The notes below the pieces were generated by a model that worked only from the letters and a program-made list of their open reading frames with translations, had not been told where the DNA came from and made no database searches. From the NCBI RefSeq assembly GCF_006345805.1, contig NC_042999.1:89466001-89530000 (forward strand): a stretch of DNA of 64,000 nt, written 5' to 3'. Shown here piece after piece: positions 39,264-51,705 of the stretch (the first letter of the stretch is position 1; every line of letters starts with the position of its first letter). Source of the stretch: Octopus sinensis (Eukaryota). The translations under genes were made by a program, and so were the position numbers.

Positions 39264-40343
39264 CTCTAGATAATCATTCGACTGTTAGAAATAGTCAATT
39301 CTCCTTAAAATTACATCTCAACATTTTTTCCTACTTTATATAATGTAGCCTTGATTACTCTGAAAAATCGAGATGGTCAAGTCAGGTATAGTTTTGACCT
39401 TGGATTTGCTTCATCAGAGATAATGACATTCACATCTACTTATTTATACAATTCTCTATTTATCTATTTCTTCTTGGTATGTGTGCGGTGGGGGGGGGTT
39501 ATGCGCAGGTATTTATTCGGTAGAGAAAAATAAAATGAATAAAATAAAACGAATTCGGGATAAAATACCGAGATCGATATAACTAACCCAAACCCTTTAT
39601 GGTGTTGCCCGAGCAAGCTGCATTCCAATAACTGAAAGCAGTAAAGGAGTAAATCATGCAGATCTACTCTTATCGAAGAATTTTGAGGTCTTTTCTATGG
39701 AATAAATTCCTGAAAACCAAAACAACAACAAAAAATGTATAGGAATCATTTTCTTTTTAATTTAAACCACAGAAAAAGAAAAAAAAAACAACCCACCCTC
39801 TATATACACCCCCACAAAATTCAAATAATAATGATGGAGGGGGTTTAGTGACGGGGAGGTGAGGGCTGGGGGTGTGTGTAGTGTTTTGTAGACTTCGGGC
39901 GCCGACATATTCATGTCAGCTGGTCGTGTAAGCTTTTACATAGTTAGGTTGCATGTCCAGCCGAGCGGATCCGTGACACGAGCTGTGGGAATAAACTACA
40001 GCAGCAACAACACACTTATCAACGTTTCATTGACTCCTTCTCTCTCTCCCCACCTCAATCCCTCCCTCCCCCCACCTCAATCCCTCCCTCCCTCCCTTCT
40101 CCTTCTCCTCCTCCTTCACCTCCTTCTCTTCTCTTTTTCTTTCTCTCTCTTGCTCTTTTGCTTACTCCCTCAATTTCAAACCTTTTCATCGTAAATTCGC
40201 TATTTTTTTTTCTTTTTCTTTTCTTTATTTGTTGTCTTCGTTACGTTTTTCTTTCATTCCCAGTCATATGGGACTTTTTTGTCACAATGTATATCTCCCT
40301 CTACCACTCGATATTCTTTCCAAAGTAAAGCTGTACACACACA

Positions 40344-40384
<41 letters not shown>

Positions 40385-40589
40385 TCGTATACACATACGC
40401 CACACAAATACACAACAAGCATGCATTTGTGTATACATACACGTGTAGCTTCTATGTGAACATATGCATTTGTACAAAGGTAACTTGATGTTTGCGCAGT
40501 AATTAATTAAATGATCCATTAAAGACAGGTAATCTCTCACTACCTTGATTAGACACACTCAAATACACACACGCACACACGTATACACA

Positions 40590-41200
40590 CTCTTTTACTC
40601 TCTTTTACTCTTTTACTTGTTTCAGTCATTTGACTGCGGCCATGCTGGAGCACCGAATTTAGTCGACCAAATCGACCCCAGGTCTTATTCTTTGTAAGCC
40701 CAGTACTTATTCTATCGGTCTCTTTTGCTGAACCGCTAAGTTACGGGGACGTAAACACACCAGCATCGGTTGATAAGCGATGTTGGGGGGACAAACACAG
40801 ACACACAAACATATACACACACACACATGTATATAATATATATATATAGGACGGGCTTCTTTCAGTTTCCCTCTACCAAATCCACTCACAAGGCTTTGGT
40901 CGGCCCGAGGCTATAGTAGAAGACACTTGCCCAAGGTGCCATGCAGTGAGACTGAACCCGGAACCATGTGGTTCGTTAGCAAGCTACTTACCACACAGCC
41001 ACTCCTACGCTTATACACACATTCTTTTACTTGTTCAGTCATTTGACTACGGTCATGCTGGAGTACCGCCTTTAGTCGAACAACTCGACTCCAGGACTTA
41101 TTCTTTGTAAGCCTAGTACTTATTATATCGGTTTGTAGCCGAACCTCTAAGTTACGAGGACGCAAACACATTAACATCGGTTGTCAAGCGATGGTGGTGG
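40590..41200 (-). mobile_element. SINE family B, full copy plus adjacent partial 3' module
   Basis: 40590-41010 full; 41023-41200 3' module only. Confidence 0.9.
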
Positions 41201-41696
41201 GGACATCATTTGGTTTGTTGTGTCTCTACTGTCCTGTTTTTGTTACCAGCTTTGACCCTCCGCAAATCCCAAATTTTATTTTGGTTCGCGGAAGCAACTG
41301 TTTTTCGAAGCCTCATATTGCCGTGAATTGCTCGAAATGTGGAGTAGATAAACAGTAGACAACTTATGAAGGTTCGTTCTGTATGTTACATGTCTTGTTT
41401 TCCATTTGTTTTTTTCGTTGTTCGCATACCCAAGTTTGCCTTCGTATTTCATGTTGTTTCCGTTTTGTGACGTCCTGTATCCATATATGCACACACACAC
41501 AGACACACACACATATATATATATATACATATACATATGTAAGTATGTACATATATGTGTATGTATGTATATCAAGATTAATCAGCCGAAATTGCGAAGA
41601 TGATCTGGTTCTTGACTGATGACTGAGAGCTTCTGTGTGTTTTTTTGTCGTCTTCTAAATGTTTCACGTTCTTGTCCCAGTTTGTGTTTTTTTAAC

Positions 41697-41743
<47 letters not shown>

Positions 41744-41744
<1 letters not shown>

Positions 41745-41905
41745 GACGGGCTTCTTTCAGCTTCCGGCTACCAAATCCACTAACAAGGCTTTTGGTCGGC
41801 CCGCAGCTATAGTAGAAGACACTTGCCCAAGATGCCACACAGTGGAACTGAACTCGGAACCATGTGGTTGGGAAGCAATCTTCTTACCACAGAGCCAATC
41901 CTGTT
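41744..41905 (-). mobile_element. SINE family B, 5' module
   Basis: Reverse copy of head and core. Confidence 0.85.
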
Positions 41906-42784
41906 GTATATAAGATAGCACTTGTAAAATCGTCTCCTTACAAAAATGCTTAATCTTTCTACTCCAAGCCTTCTTCCATTTCCTTATATATCATTTTGCA
42001 TATATTTACTTTCTTTCCTTTGGTCATGCATCTTTTTCTTCTTTATTTCTTTTTCATTCTTATATATATATTTTTTTTGCAACATTTCTTCTCACCACTT
42101 CATAACGCACATTGATTTCAACTTGCCAGTCATTAGCTGATAAACGTTTTCTTTTAGCAGTTCGAACTCCACTAGTTTCAATAGCTGAGGACTTTACGTC
42201 TGCCCGACTTGTTCGTTGCGTATTTGCAAACTTGTCTGGATTGAGCTAAATATATTTGCCACGTACTTAGCTTATTGCCAGGGATGCGAGTTGAGCCGTC
42301 GGTTCTCCATTTGCAGTAAACCTATTAAGAGACTGCAGCTAGTAGTGAGCGGACAAATCATATCGCTTAGTTATGGAACTATGCACTGTTGCGATTATGC
42401 AAAGAGTCATATTAGATACCTTTTTAATAATATATGTTATTGTTTGTTACGGTATGCGTGCGTGTGTGCGTGTATGTGTGTGTGTGCGCATGTGTACTCA
42501 TGTTTTTGCAATTTTTTCTTATGTATAATTTGGATTATATAAAATACTTCAACTGAGAACGAATCAAATTGAGCTGGCGTGTATGAAGTGAAGGCCTAAA
42601 GGCAGGAACATGGGAGATGGACACAAGAGGTATTGATAGTCGGCAGTCAGACCAAGAAAGAAAGATCATGGCTGGCCGGACACCGGTCACGTGGAAGGAG
42701 GAGAGATGGGTAGGTGACAGCGGGATTGAAGGATTAGAAAAGATCAGAGACAAAGAGAAAGTTAGAGGGGAGATAAACGAGTGG

Positions 42785-42949
42785 GACGACGGGCTTCTTT
42801 CAGTTTCCGTCAACCAAATCCATTCACATGGCTTCGGTCGGGCCGAGGCTATAGTAGAAAACACTTGCCCAAGATTCCATACAGCGGGACTGAACCCGGA
42901 ACCATGTAGTTGGTAAGCAAACTACTTACCACACAGCCACTCTTGTGCC
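42785..42949 (-). mobile_element. SINE family B, 5' module
   Basis: Reverse copy of head and core. Confidence 0.85.
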
Positions 42950-43095
<146 letters not shown>

Positions 43096-43137
43096 TGCAT
43101 AGAACAGCATCAGCGCCAAGGAGTGATAGGAATAAAC

Positions 43138-43599
43138 GAACTTTAGGTTAGTTAAAATAAATTTGCGGCATATTTTGATCTCCAAAGGCAAATTCACTGC
43201 AGTTACAGCTAATAAAAATTCTCTCTTATGGTAAAAGATGTAAAAAAAACCGTCTTTTGCCGGCGTTTCCTTCTAACGCATTCCCAGACCTGCGTTTCTG
43301 GTTCTTTGGCTTTCTTCAATGGGAAATACCGAAAAGAGATAACCATGGGCAGATTCAAAGCGTAGCTTTAACTAATAAATCAGTCGACATCACTGACTGA
43401 GATGTGCTAGTGGACCGCCTGGTCTGAATGAAAATAGCAGCATTAGCGCATCCGGGACCCGCTAGAGGAAAACACTTAGCAAATATGGTGTTTTTAGACC
43501 TTTTGCCGTAGGAGAGAATTTTATTTTCTCCACAGTAAAAGTAGGGAATTTGCCTTTAGAGGTCAAAATGTCGCAAACATTTTAACTAACCTAAAGTTC
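43138..43599. mobile_element. Unclassified MITE with TIRs of about 60 bp
   Basis: gaactttaggttagttaaaat...aaaggcaaattc is inverted at 43545-43599. Confidence 0.8.
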
Positions 43600-43654
43600 A
43601 TATACGCATGTGTGTGTGTGGTGGGGTGTGTGTTTGTGTGTGTGTATGTGTGAA

Positions 43655-43987
43655 GGCACATGGCTCAGTGGTTAGAGCGTCGAAGTTACGATCGTGAGAT
43701 TGTGAGTTCGAATCCCGGACCGGGCTGTGTGTTGTGTTCTTGAACAAGACACTTTATTTCACGTTGCCGCAGTTCACTCAGCTGTAGAAATGAGTTGCGA
43801 TGTCACAGATGCCAAGCTGTATCTGCTGTTACCTTTCCCTTGGATAACACTGGTGGCGTGGAGAGGGGAGGCTGGTATGCATGGGTGACTGCTGGTCTTC
43901 CATAAACAACCTTGCCCGGACTTGTGCCTGGGAGGGTAACTTTCTAGGTGCAATCCCATGGTCTATGTCGTGACCGAAAGGGGTCTC
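43655..43987 (+). mobile_element. tRNA-derived SINE family C, near full length
   Basis: tggctcagtggttagagcg A-box, gagttcgaatccc B-box, about 330 bp body. Confidence 0.85.
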
Positions 43988-44085
43988 AGTCATATATATA
44001 TGTGTAATATATAATATGTATAATATATATGTATGTACGTATGCATAAATATGTGTGTGGATATATACATATATATGTGTGCGCA

Positions 44086-44123
<38 letters not shown>

Positions 44124-44892
44124 ATCGCGCGCACGCGCACACACACACGCACATAAAGCAATAGAGAAAGAAGGGAAGTACGACCTAAAATTATAGGAAT
44201 GGTTGTACAAATGGACCACGTGAATTGAAAAGAAGGCCTAATAAATGACAATTGACATATTTAATCAGTAGCAGTTTTCATTAAGTGGTGATAAAATGTC
44301 TCGCGAATGGGGAAGATGACAACGTTGGAAGATTTTGGTGATATTACATTTAGCCAAGATACAATTAAGATAGCTATCTATCATCAACTAAATATTAGTA
44401 GTATCATTAAACCTGGTATTATATTGAGTTCCCATTGAAGTTCTTTTTCTCGCCGCAGTTCTACTGTAACGTAATGTAATATAACTACCGTTTTTCTGTG
44501 ATGAAAATTAGACGTGAAAACCTCTGTGGGAGATTTATCGTGTCTTGAGTAGACAGAATAAATTCTATCTCAGTTTACGGCTGACTTTTCTAATCATTCT
44601 CGTGCTAAAACAAATGATTCCGAAAGAGCACCATAAATTCTTCCCTGATCTTTTTGACACAGACATTTTGTCGCAAGGTTATCGTTGACACCCAACAGAG
44701 GTAACATCTTGGATGGCGCTCAAATGTTTGGCATCACTTCTAAGAAATGCGAATACGATATCTTATGTGTCGGGCGTTGAAAATAAATACTATTGCATTT
44801 CGTTTGTGATAGAATTAGGAAATAAAAGACATTCTTCAACAAGAAATAGTATAGAAAAGAACGTCCACTTGAAATCCTTTCTCTCTTTCTTT

Positions 44893-44952
<60 letters not shown>

Positions 44953-45615
44953 CTCCTTCTCTCTCTCCATCTCTTCCTCTCCCTCGTTTTTTCTCCTCTT
45001 TTATTTCCTGCTTTCTCTCTAATCTTTTCCTTTAGTTGAAGCAGTGTTTGTAAATAAAGAATTCACGTCTGGTTTTGAATAGCAAAATCGCGTAGTCACA
45101 ACAGAAGCCGAGTATCAGGACCATTCCAACAATTGGTGCTGTATTATGTTTATATAAGCTATAAGTAGAAATAATAGTACATTAAATATATGGAACACAA
45201 ACCAATTGGAGTAGAATACATGCGAATGTTGTACAGCAAGAAGTAACGTCCCAAAGTGTCAAATCCACTACATGCCATTCGATGGCTGGCTAAATTCAAA
45301 TAACCTTTTGTTATTAGTCTCTCAAATTTAATTTATTACTTTGTTCCAAATAAAAATTACTTAATCATAGGTGTACGACGAAAGGCTTTGATACTTAATA
45401 TAATATGTTATGACAAAGAGAAAATTAATACACATGCGCGCGCTTGTTTGGCCGGCGTGTTACTTGTTTTAAAAATTTGCCGGCGTGTTACTTGTATTAA
45501 AAGTTCGAAAAGTGGAACACTCTGACCAATTTATAAGAAGTATTATCTTTACACCATTAATGTTTTTAGCATTTCGTTTTAAGCTTTCAGTTTTTTCTTG
45601 GTTTTGGATTTCTCA

Positions 45616-45853
45616 ACAGGTCTATATTGAAGAGATGAGGAATTATGTACATTATTTACATTATTTACAATTGACGGATATTTGTCTTCATCTTGTTTGT
45701 TGTTAACAGAATTTTTAAATACAAAGAAATCCAATTGACGGATATCTGTCCTCATCTTGTTTACTATCAACACAACGTTTCGGCTGATATACCCTTCAGC
45801 CTTCATCAGGTGTTCTCATTCCTAATGTATTTTTCGATGTTATTGTTTCTCAC
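45616..45853 (-). mobile_element. 5'-truncated inverted copy of hammerhead SINE H4
   Basis: Reverse complement matches the body and tail of 45950-46070. Carries a duplicated aacaagatgaRgacaRatatccgtcaattg block and a (tgtaaataa)2 tail. Confidence 0.75.
45769..45814 (-). ncRNA. Type I hammerhead ribozyme motif, best-preserved copy
   Basis: Minus strand reads aacac CTGATGA A GGCTGA agggtata TCAGCC GAAA CGTT gtgtt: perfect 5-bp stem I, 6-bp stem II, ACGT stem III. Predicted cleavage between 45774 and 45773. Confidence 0.85.
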
Positions 45854-46070
45854 GGGTATATAGCGTAGTAATTAAGAGCGCGGGCTACTAACCTCCAAGA
45901 TTCCGAGTTCGATTCCAGGCAGTGACCTGAATAATAATACCAACAACAACAACAATGAAAAATACCTTAGGAATGAGAACCCAGGTTCGAAATTTCCCCC
46001 AAAACACCTGATGAAGCCTGGAGGGTATATCAACTGAAACGTTGTGTTGACAGCAAACAAGATGAGGACA
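45854..46070 (+). mobile_element. tRNA-derived SINE carrying a hammerhead ribozyme (family H4)
   Basis: A-box tagcgtagta and B-box gagttcgattcc, then an (AAT/AAC)n spacer, gaaaaataccttaggaatgagaac and the hammerhead. The tail is cut by a family-A SINE at about 46071. Confidence 0.7.
46003..46048 (+). ncRNA. Type I hammerhead ribozyme motif with eroded stem II
   Basis: aacac CTGATGA A gcctgg agggtata tcaact GAAA CGTT gtgtt. Homologous to 45769-45814. Confidence 0.75.
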
Positions 46071-46218
46071 GTGCGTAACTGGTGCTTAATTTATCGACCC
46101 CGAAAGGATGAAAGGCAAAGTCAACCTCGGCGGAATTTGAACTCAGAACGTAACGACAGACGAAATACGGCTATGCATTTCGCCCGGCGTGCTAACGATT
46201 CTGCCAGCTCGCCGCCTT
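46071..46218 (-). mobile_element. SINE family A
   Basis: Near-consensus copy truncating the hammerhead SINE tail. Confidence 0.9.
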
Positions 46219-48843
46219 TCATCTGATGTTATGTAATCCTTTCTGCTGAAGGAAGGGTTTTCTATGAATTAGTCAAAAATGTACTCGGAAAGTGGGTGCT
46301 GAAGACTGAAAAACATTGTTGGAAGTATGAGCAGAGTTGGTATAAGTTTCGTAACAAAAAAAAAAAAAAGGAAAGACCTTCTCTGCTTCCTATTTATGTT
46401 TATTGTTATGAGTGACTCCTAAATCTTGCTATCCAAAACAATGCTAGATTATGCAAAATATCTGTAGTTGGTGTAACGTTGTAGAAACGTCGTAGAAAGA
46501 GAACGTGAGCTAAAAATGAAAATTCGGAAGAGACAATTTGTATTACATAACTCCCTTAAACTTGTTGCAATTTATAGGAACGCGAAGAAATCGAGTACGA
46601 CGGTTTGCCGAACATATATATTCTCTGTAATTATGTTAGTTATATAAAGCAGTCATTTTTAGTGAGTCAAAATTTATAGTTGGCATATTCTTTAGAATAA
46701 TTACGTGGCTTTAACTTTGATGTATGTAGTTTAACAGTTATGTGGGAAATGTTTGTATCGAACAAATAAATTACAATATGTTTGAAGAGCGATTCAGTCG
46801 TTCCTTAGAATATTTAAATACTCTCATGATCTTTCTGATGGATAGTATACTGTTTAAGAAATTTAAAGCATTTCGAAATTCATTTGAATACAACACGTAA
46901 AGATACAGTGCAATATAAAATCATTAACCTTTGACTAATTGTTCGTAAAATATTATTTGGATATGTTTAATGTTTATGTTATAATAATCATTCAGAAATT
47001 ATAGTGTCTCCGAATGTTAATTGTTCCTATTGAAGATCCCAATTTAATTAATTATAGGGGGAAAATATTGCGTTATTCCAGATGTGTAGTGCAGCCCGCT
47101 TGTACAGGATAAACAAACAAGACAAAAACATACGGAGATGTTAACATAACGGAAATCTCAGCCCTCTCACTATTCAGTATAACCTGGGAAGTAGTTTTAG
47201 CATTCTGAATCTTCCGTGCATATAATTCGAAATGAGTTCTAAATATCTATAAAGAGATAACGTTTAGGAAGTAAAATTTCACAAAATTCTGAAGTACACA
47301 ACTTTCAAAGCTGCACAAAATAATTTACATTTCATACATGTTAAAATTATTGTTTTAGATTTTAAATATGTTTTTTGAGCAGGTTTTGCAATGACGGCAT
47401 GCAGATGTATGTATTTATGCACGTTTATAAGTAAATAAGGAATAGCTTTTCTTTAAATTGCGTGATATTAGAGTCCCTAAGTTCGAGTTTGATCTAGGGT
47501 TATTTCATATATTCTTATGACTGTTATGGTTGGTGTGTATGTGTGTGTATGCGCGTATGTATGTGCGTATGCATGTGTATTTCATATCCTTCGTGTATGC
47601 TATCGGCAGCATACAGTCCAATGCATCATGTGATGTAGTCGGATTGTTGGTGGTTAAACCGATATCTGACTAAGCCAGCCTAGTGAGAAAGGTGATTAGA
47701 AACACATCAGAAGGAAAATAAGATCCTTTAAAAGGACGGACTAACCTTGTTTTAAGCTCCGCGGCTACCTAGCAACACTGAGCGGAGTTTTAGAAATAAG
47801 CGAGATGATGGACGAGCGTGATGACCACTGGAAATTTGGAGTAGACTTGAGCGTGTAAAGTCAGCTTATCTAAGAGAGGATTTATATGGTCAAAATCTGG
47901 TAGGTCAAGCCTGGTAGATGAATGAGTTCAAAATTTTTATGCTTCAAACTTTTGTGGGTGTATGAACCTGTTCTAGAGAGCACATTCTTAGCAAAAACTA
48001 TTTGCATGTCATTTTGCTAACTTCTACCTTCACAGTAAGATTTAGCACTTCAAAGTATTTTCCGAATTAAATTAACAGATGTATTCGAATTAATATCACC
48101 GAAATGTAACTAGAAATGTGTTGCAGAATTCTTTCTTATAATGTTTCGGAATGAATGGATATGTTTGTTATAACTAAACTTGAGATTAATAATTGTTAAC
48201 TCCAATGTATTATTTGCTGGGTTTTTTTGTGTGCATTTTTTTGTTTGTGCATTATAATAATAAACCCTATTCTTTTCTAAACAATGAGAATCCCAAAACA
48301 AATCAGCAGTAATAATGCAATCACTGTTAAAAGATAAGGTATTATGGAAAGAATATTCTTTCAGAAACCAAGAGAAATATTTTGATCCAAGTTTCTTAAA
48401 GTGTATAAGATCATTGGAAAATAACAATAAGGACTGTCAAATGGTTTGGAGTACGCTACGCCATTCAAAAGCTTATTAAAAGAGTAATAAATGTTGTGTT
48501 CTTACACTTTGATACAAAATAATTATTCTATTTTCTAAAGATTCCATTTAGAACAAACGCTCAGAGTTGATATAATTTTGTCAAAATTCAAAACATTTGT
48601 TAAAATTTTTGAAATACTTCAAGGCTGAAAAGCAAACAGAGGTGAAATAAGTATTTGCTTGTTATAAGAAAAAAAGATAAAACAAATTTCGTCAGCTGAC
48701 TGAAATGAAAAACTCGTTATCTTTCTCATTATGCGGGAAAGCAACGATAAGGTGAAAGATTGCTATCCTTGCACAATAATATATTTCTTACATAAATAGA
48801 AAATTGCTTTATTAGTTGCATATACATACTTGCATTTATATAT

Positions 48844-48920
48844 ACACCGATTCTCACTCGATCACCGAAGTTAAGCAACGTCGGACCTTGTTAGAACTTA
48901 CATGGGTGACCGCATGGGAA
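48844..48920 (+). pseudogene. 5S rRNA pseudogene fragment (about nt 26-100 of 5S)
   Basis: acaccgattctcactcgatcaccgaagttaagcaacgtcggacc...atgggtgaccgcatgggaa matches the conserved metazoan 5S internal control region with several substitutions. The 5' end is missing. Confidence 0.85.
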
Positions 48921-48927
48921 ACATAGG

Positions 48928-49092
48928 CGCTCAATGGTCAGAGCGTCGGGCTTCCAATCATGAAGTAGTGAGTTCGATTACTGACCTAGGCTTGTGCTGT
49001 GTTATAGAGCAAGATACTTTATTTCACGTTGCTCCAGTTCATTCAGCTGTAGAAACGAGTTGCGACGTCACTGGTGCCAAGCTGTAACGGCG
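48928..49092 (+). mobile_element. tRNA-derived SINE family C, partial
   Basis: A/B boxes (gctcaatggtcagagcg; gagttcgatt) and body gagcaagatactttatttcacgttgctccagttc shared with 43655-43987. Confidence 0.8.
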
Positions 49093-49102
49093 TTTACCTT
49101 TA

Positions 49103-49114
49103 TGCATATATATA

Positions 49115-49165
<51 letters not shown>

Positions 49166-49323
49166 ATGTATGTATATGGATATATATGCATATATATATG
49201 CAAATATATGCATACATATATATATATTATATATATATATAAATATGCATATATATATATATATATGCATATATGTGTGTGTATATGTGTGTGTGTGTGT
49301 TTGTATATATGAATATATATATG

Positions 49324-49355
<32 letters not shown>

Positions 49356-49361
49356 ATATAT

Positions 49362-49431
<70 letters not shown>
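49103..49431. repeat. Mosaic (TA)/(TG) microsatellite of about 330 bp
   Basis: Direct reading. Confidence 0.97.
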
Positions 49432-49434
<3 letters not shown>

Positions 49435-50159
49435 TATTTCTAAAAGTTTAATTAATAACTATACGGCATGCAAAATTCTAATTAGTTATACAATCAATCC
49501 GAGAAAAGAAGCATTCATATCACAGTTGTATTGCATAATCTCTTTCTAGCCCTTTAAGGACATAGAGCAGATCTTGTCGCCACGACATAGGAAAGTAGTA
49601 TAGTGTATAACACACTTTTGGAGATAAAGAACAAATTATTGAATTCAAGAACGTAACTCCTCAACGTAGGTTACCTGAGATCTCTTTTAAAAACACATTG
49701 GTCAAAATTCCAACAGATACACTACAGTCGATCACTTACTTCATCAAAATCAGACATCGGCATAACTGTTAAGAACAAAATTAAATAGAAGTTCATACTT
49801 CGAAACATGAACAGAATGAAAAAGGATTGACATTCGTTCTTTGTACATTACCTAAGAATATTTCTTAAATAACACCGAAATTTTGAAAAACTCATTATTC
49901 TATTCATACCACAAACAAGTCGAAGCAATTATATTAACAACCAAAGTAATCACTCTAAAGTTATCATAAATGATACAGTCGTAATCACATCTGTATCAAT
50001 AAACTTTATGGCAATAAATAAATATTGAATGAAGCGGTTGTTAATTATATGAACGCGCTATCCAAAAGCAGATTCATTATAACAATATAAAATATGACAA
50101 AAATAAAATTAAGATGAGGAAACAAAAGGTAATTTGATTTAGTCACTTCTTTCTTTTTG

Positions 50160-50520
50160 TATGGCATTAGCAGCAGTAGCAGCAGCAGCGGCGACAGCGC
50201 TGATACAGCGCGTTGCTACTTACACCATTTGTTGGTGATTCCCAGGCGACAACTCTCCAGCGCATTTGTCCGTTTGGGCAGACGTTGCTGGTGAAGGTTC
50301 TTATGATGTAGAAGTGCAAATCCTACATACATCGCAAGCTGCGTAGAGCAAAGTTGTTGTTTTTTTTTTGTTTTTTAGATTATTAAACAAACCCTTTCAG
50401 TACTTTCACCTTCCATTTCACCAAATTTCTAATATAAAATGCAAACTTTGAAATTCCGCGACGCCAAATTTTGCTAATATACGCGCCTCAGCAAATACAT
50501 ATAAAATTGATAAATCCCCA
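50160..50520. promoter_or_regulatory. CpG-rich unique island, possible promoter or enhancer, with a minus-strand exon-like segment
   Basis: High CpG density relative to flanks; two TATAAAA motifs (about 50434 and 50501); minus-strand acceptor and donor bracketing 50338-50224. Confidence 0.35.
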
Positions 50521-50773
50521 ATAATACAAACAAAATTAATTTTAACTGTAGACATGTTAGTTAGTTAGTTAGTTAGTTAATTTGGCTCAAAAGCAAATAG
50601 CAAGGCCATGTAGGGGGACATGAAGTTAAGTACAGGGTGGTGTTCATGTAAAGAGTTCAGGCCACAACAATATATGTCTCATGAAGTCTGACAGGAACGG
50701 TGTCTGAAAATGCAAAATAAAAAACAAAGATATATTTCGTAGTATTTAATAAACACTGATATTAATAGACGCT

Positions 50774-51085
50774 AAGGCGGTGAGTTGGCAGAATCGTTAA
50801 CACGCCAGATAAAATGCTTAGCGGTATTTCGTCCATCTGTACGTTCTGAGTTCAAATTCCGCCGAGGTCGACTTTGCCTTTCATCCTTTCGGGGTCGATT
50901 AAATAAGTACCAGTAACGCACTGGGGTCGATGTAATCGACTTAATCCGTTTGTCTGTCCTTGTTTGTCCTCTCTGTGTTTAGCCCCTTGTGGGTAGTAAA
51001 GAAACATGTATTTCGTCTGTCTGTACGTTCTGAGTTCAAATTCCGCCGAGGTCGACTAAGCTTTTCATCCGTTCGGGATCGATAA
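50774..51085 (+). mobile_element. SINE family A, full copy plus partial tandem copy
   Basis: Full copy to about 51005, then an internal fragment repeated. Confidence 0.9.
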
Positions 51086-51478
51086 ACGGAGATGTAACGA
51101 GGGTGAAGAGTTGGGAAATTGGGTGCAGGATTTTAAAGACGAAGAGAGCAGAAAGATGAGAAAAAAAGGGTAGCAATACGAGTTAGAAATAAAGGAGAGA
51201 ATAATTAAAAGCTGGTGAGTTAGAGTCCTACTTTTGTTGACAGATAGAATCTTTGTTGACTTCTGAATTATGTTGTACATTCTGTGGTTACACTAAAATT
51301 ACTAATTAGTTAATTAATAAATTAATTAATCAAGCAATTGCTTTGTCAGATTCAAACAATATGAATGATGATTTACTTCTTTTTTTGCTCGCACTTCCGT
51401 GTGCAACCAGCGCTGAATTTTTCTTACGCACAACCGCACACAAATATGTATGTACAGATATATATGCATGTTTGCATG

Positions 51479-51521
<43 letters not shown>

Positions 51522-51705
51522 GACAGACAGACATGGATGGATGAATGGATGGATATGTTTATCGAAAATAATATATATATACATATACATAATATATATA
51601 GAGATATTTATATATACATGCAAATACAAATTATACCTGCACACACACATTCATACGTATATATACTTACCTTCATAGATATACGTATATAACATACATT
51701 ATATA

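Noticed and set aside
39890-39906. AGAC-N4-GGCGCC as a BMP/Smad response element
   Set aside because: The canonical spacer is 5 nt, and two GGCGCC sites in 64 kb is about chance expectation.
39913-39935. ATG TCA GCT GGT CGT|gtaagc as the upstream coding exon of the chordin-like gene
   Set aside because: The phase-0 donor is incompatible with the phase-2 acceptor at 56990 and would hit a stop.
41585-41630. cagccGAAA...CTGATGA as a possible type II hammerhead
   Set aside because: Stems I and III do not pair convincingly. At best a truncated or decayed PLE-like tail.
45854-45925. tRNA gene (likewise the heads of SINE families A, B and C)
   Set aside because: A/B boxes are present but there is no closable acceptor stem or terminator; these are SINE heads.
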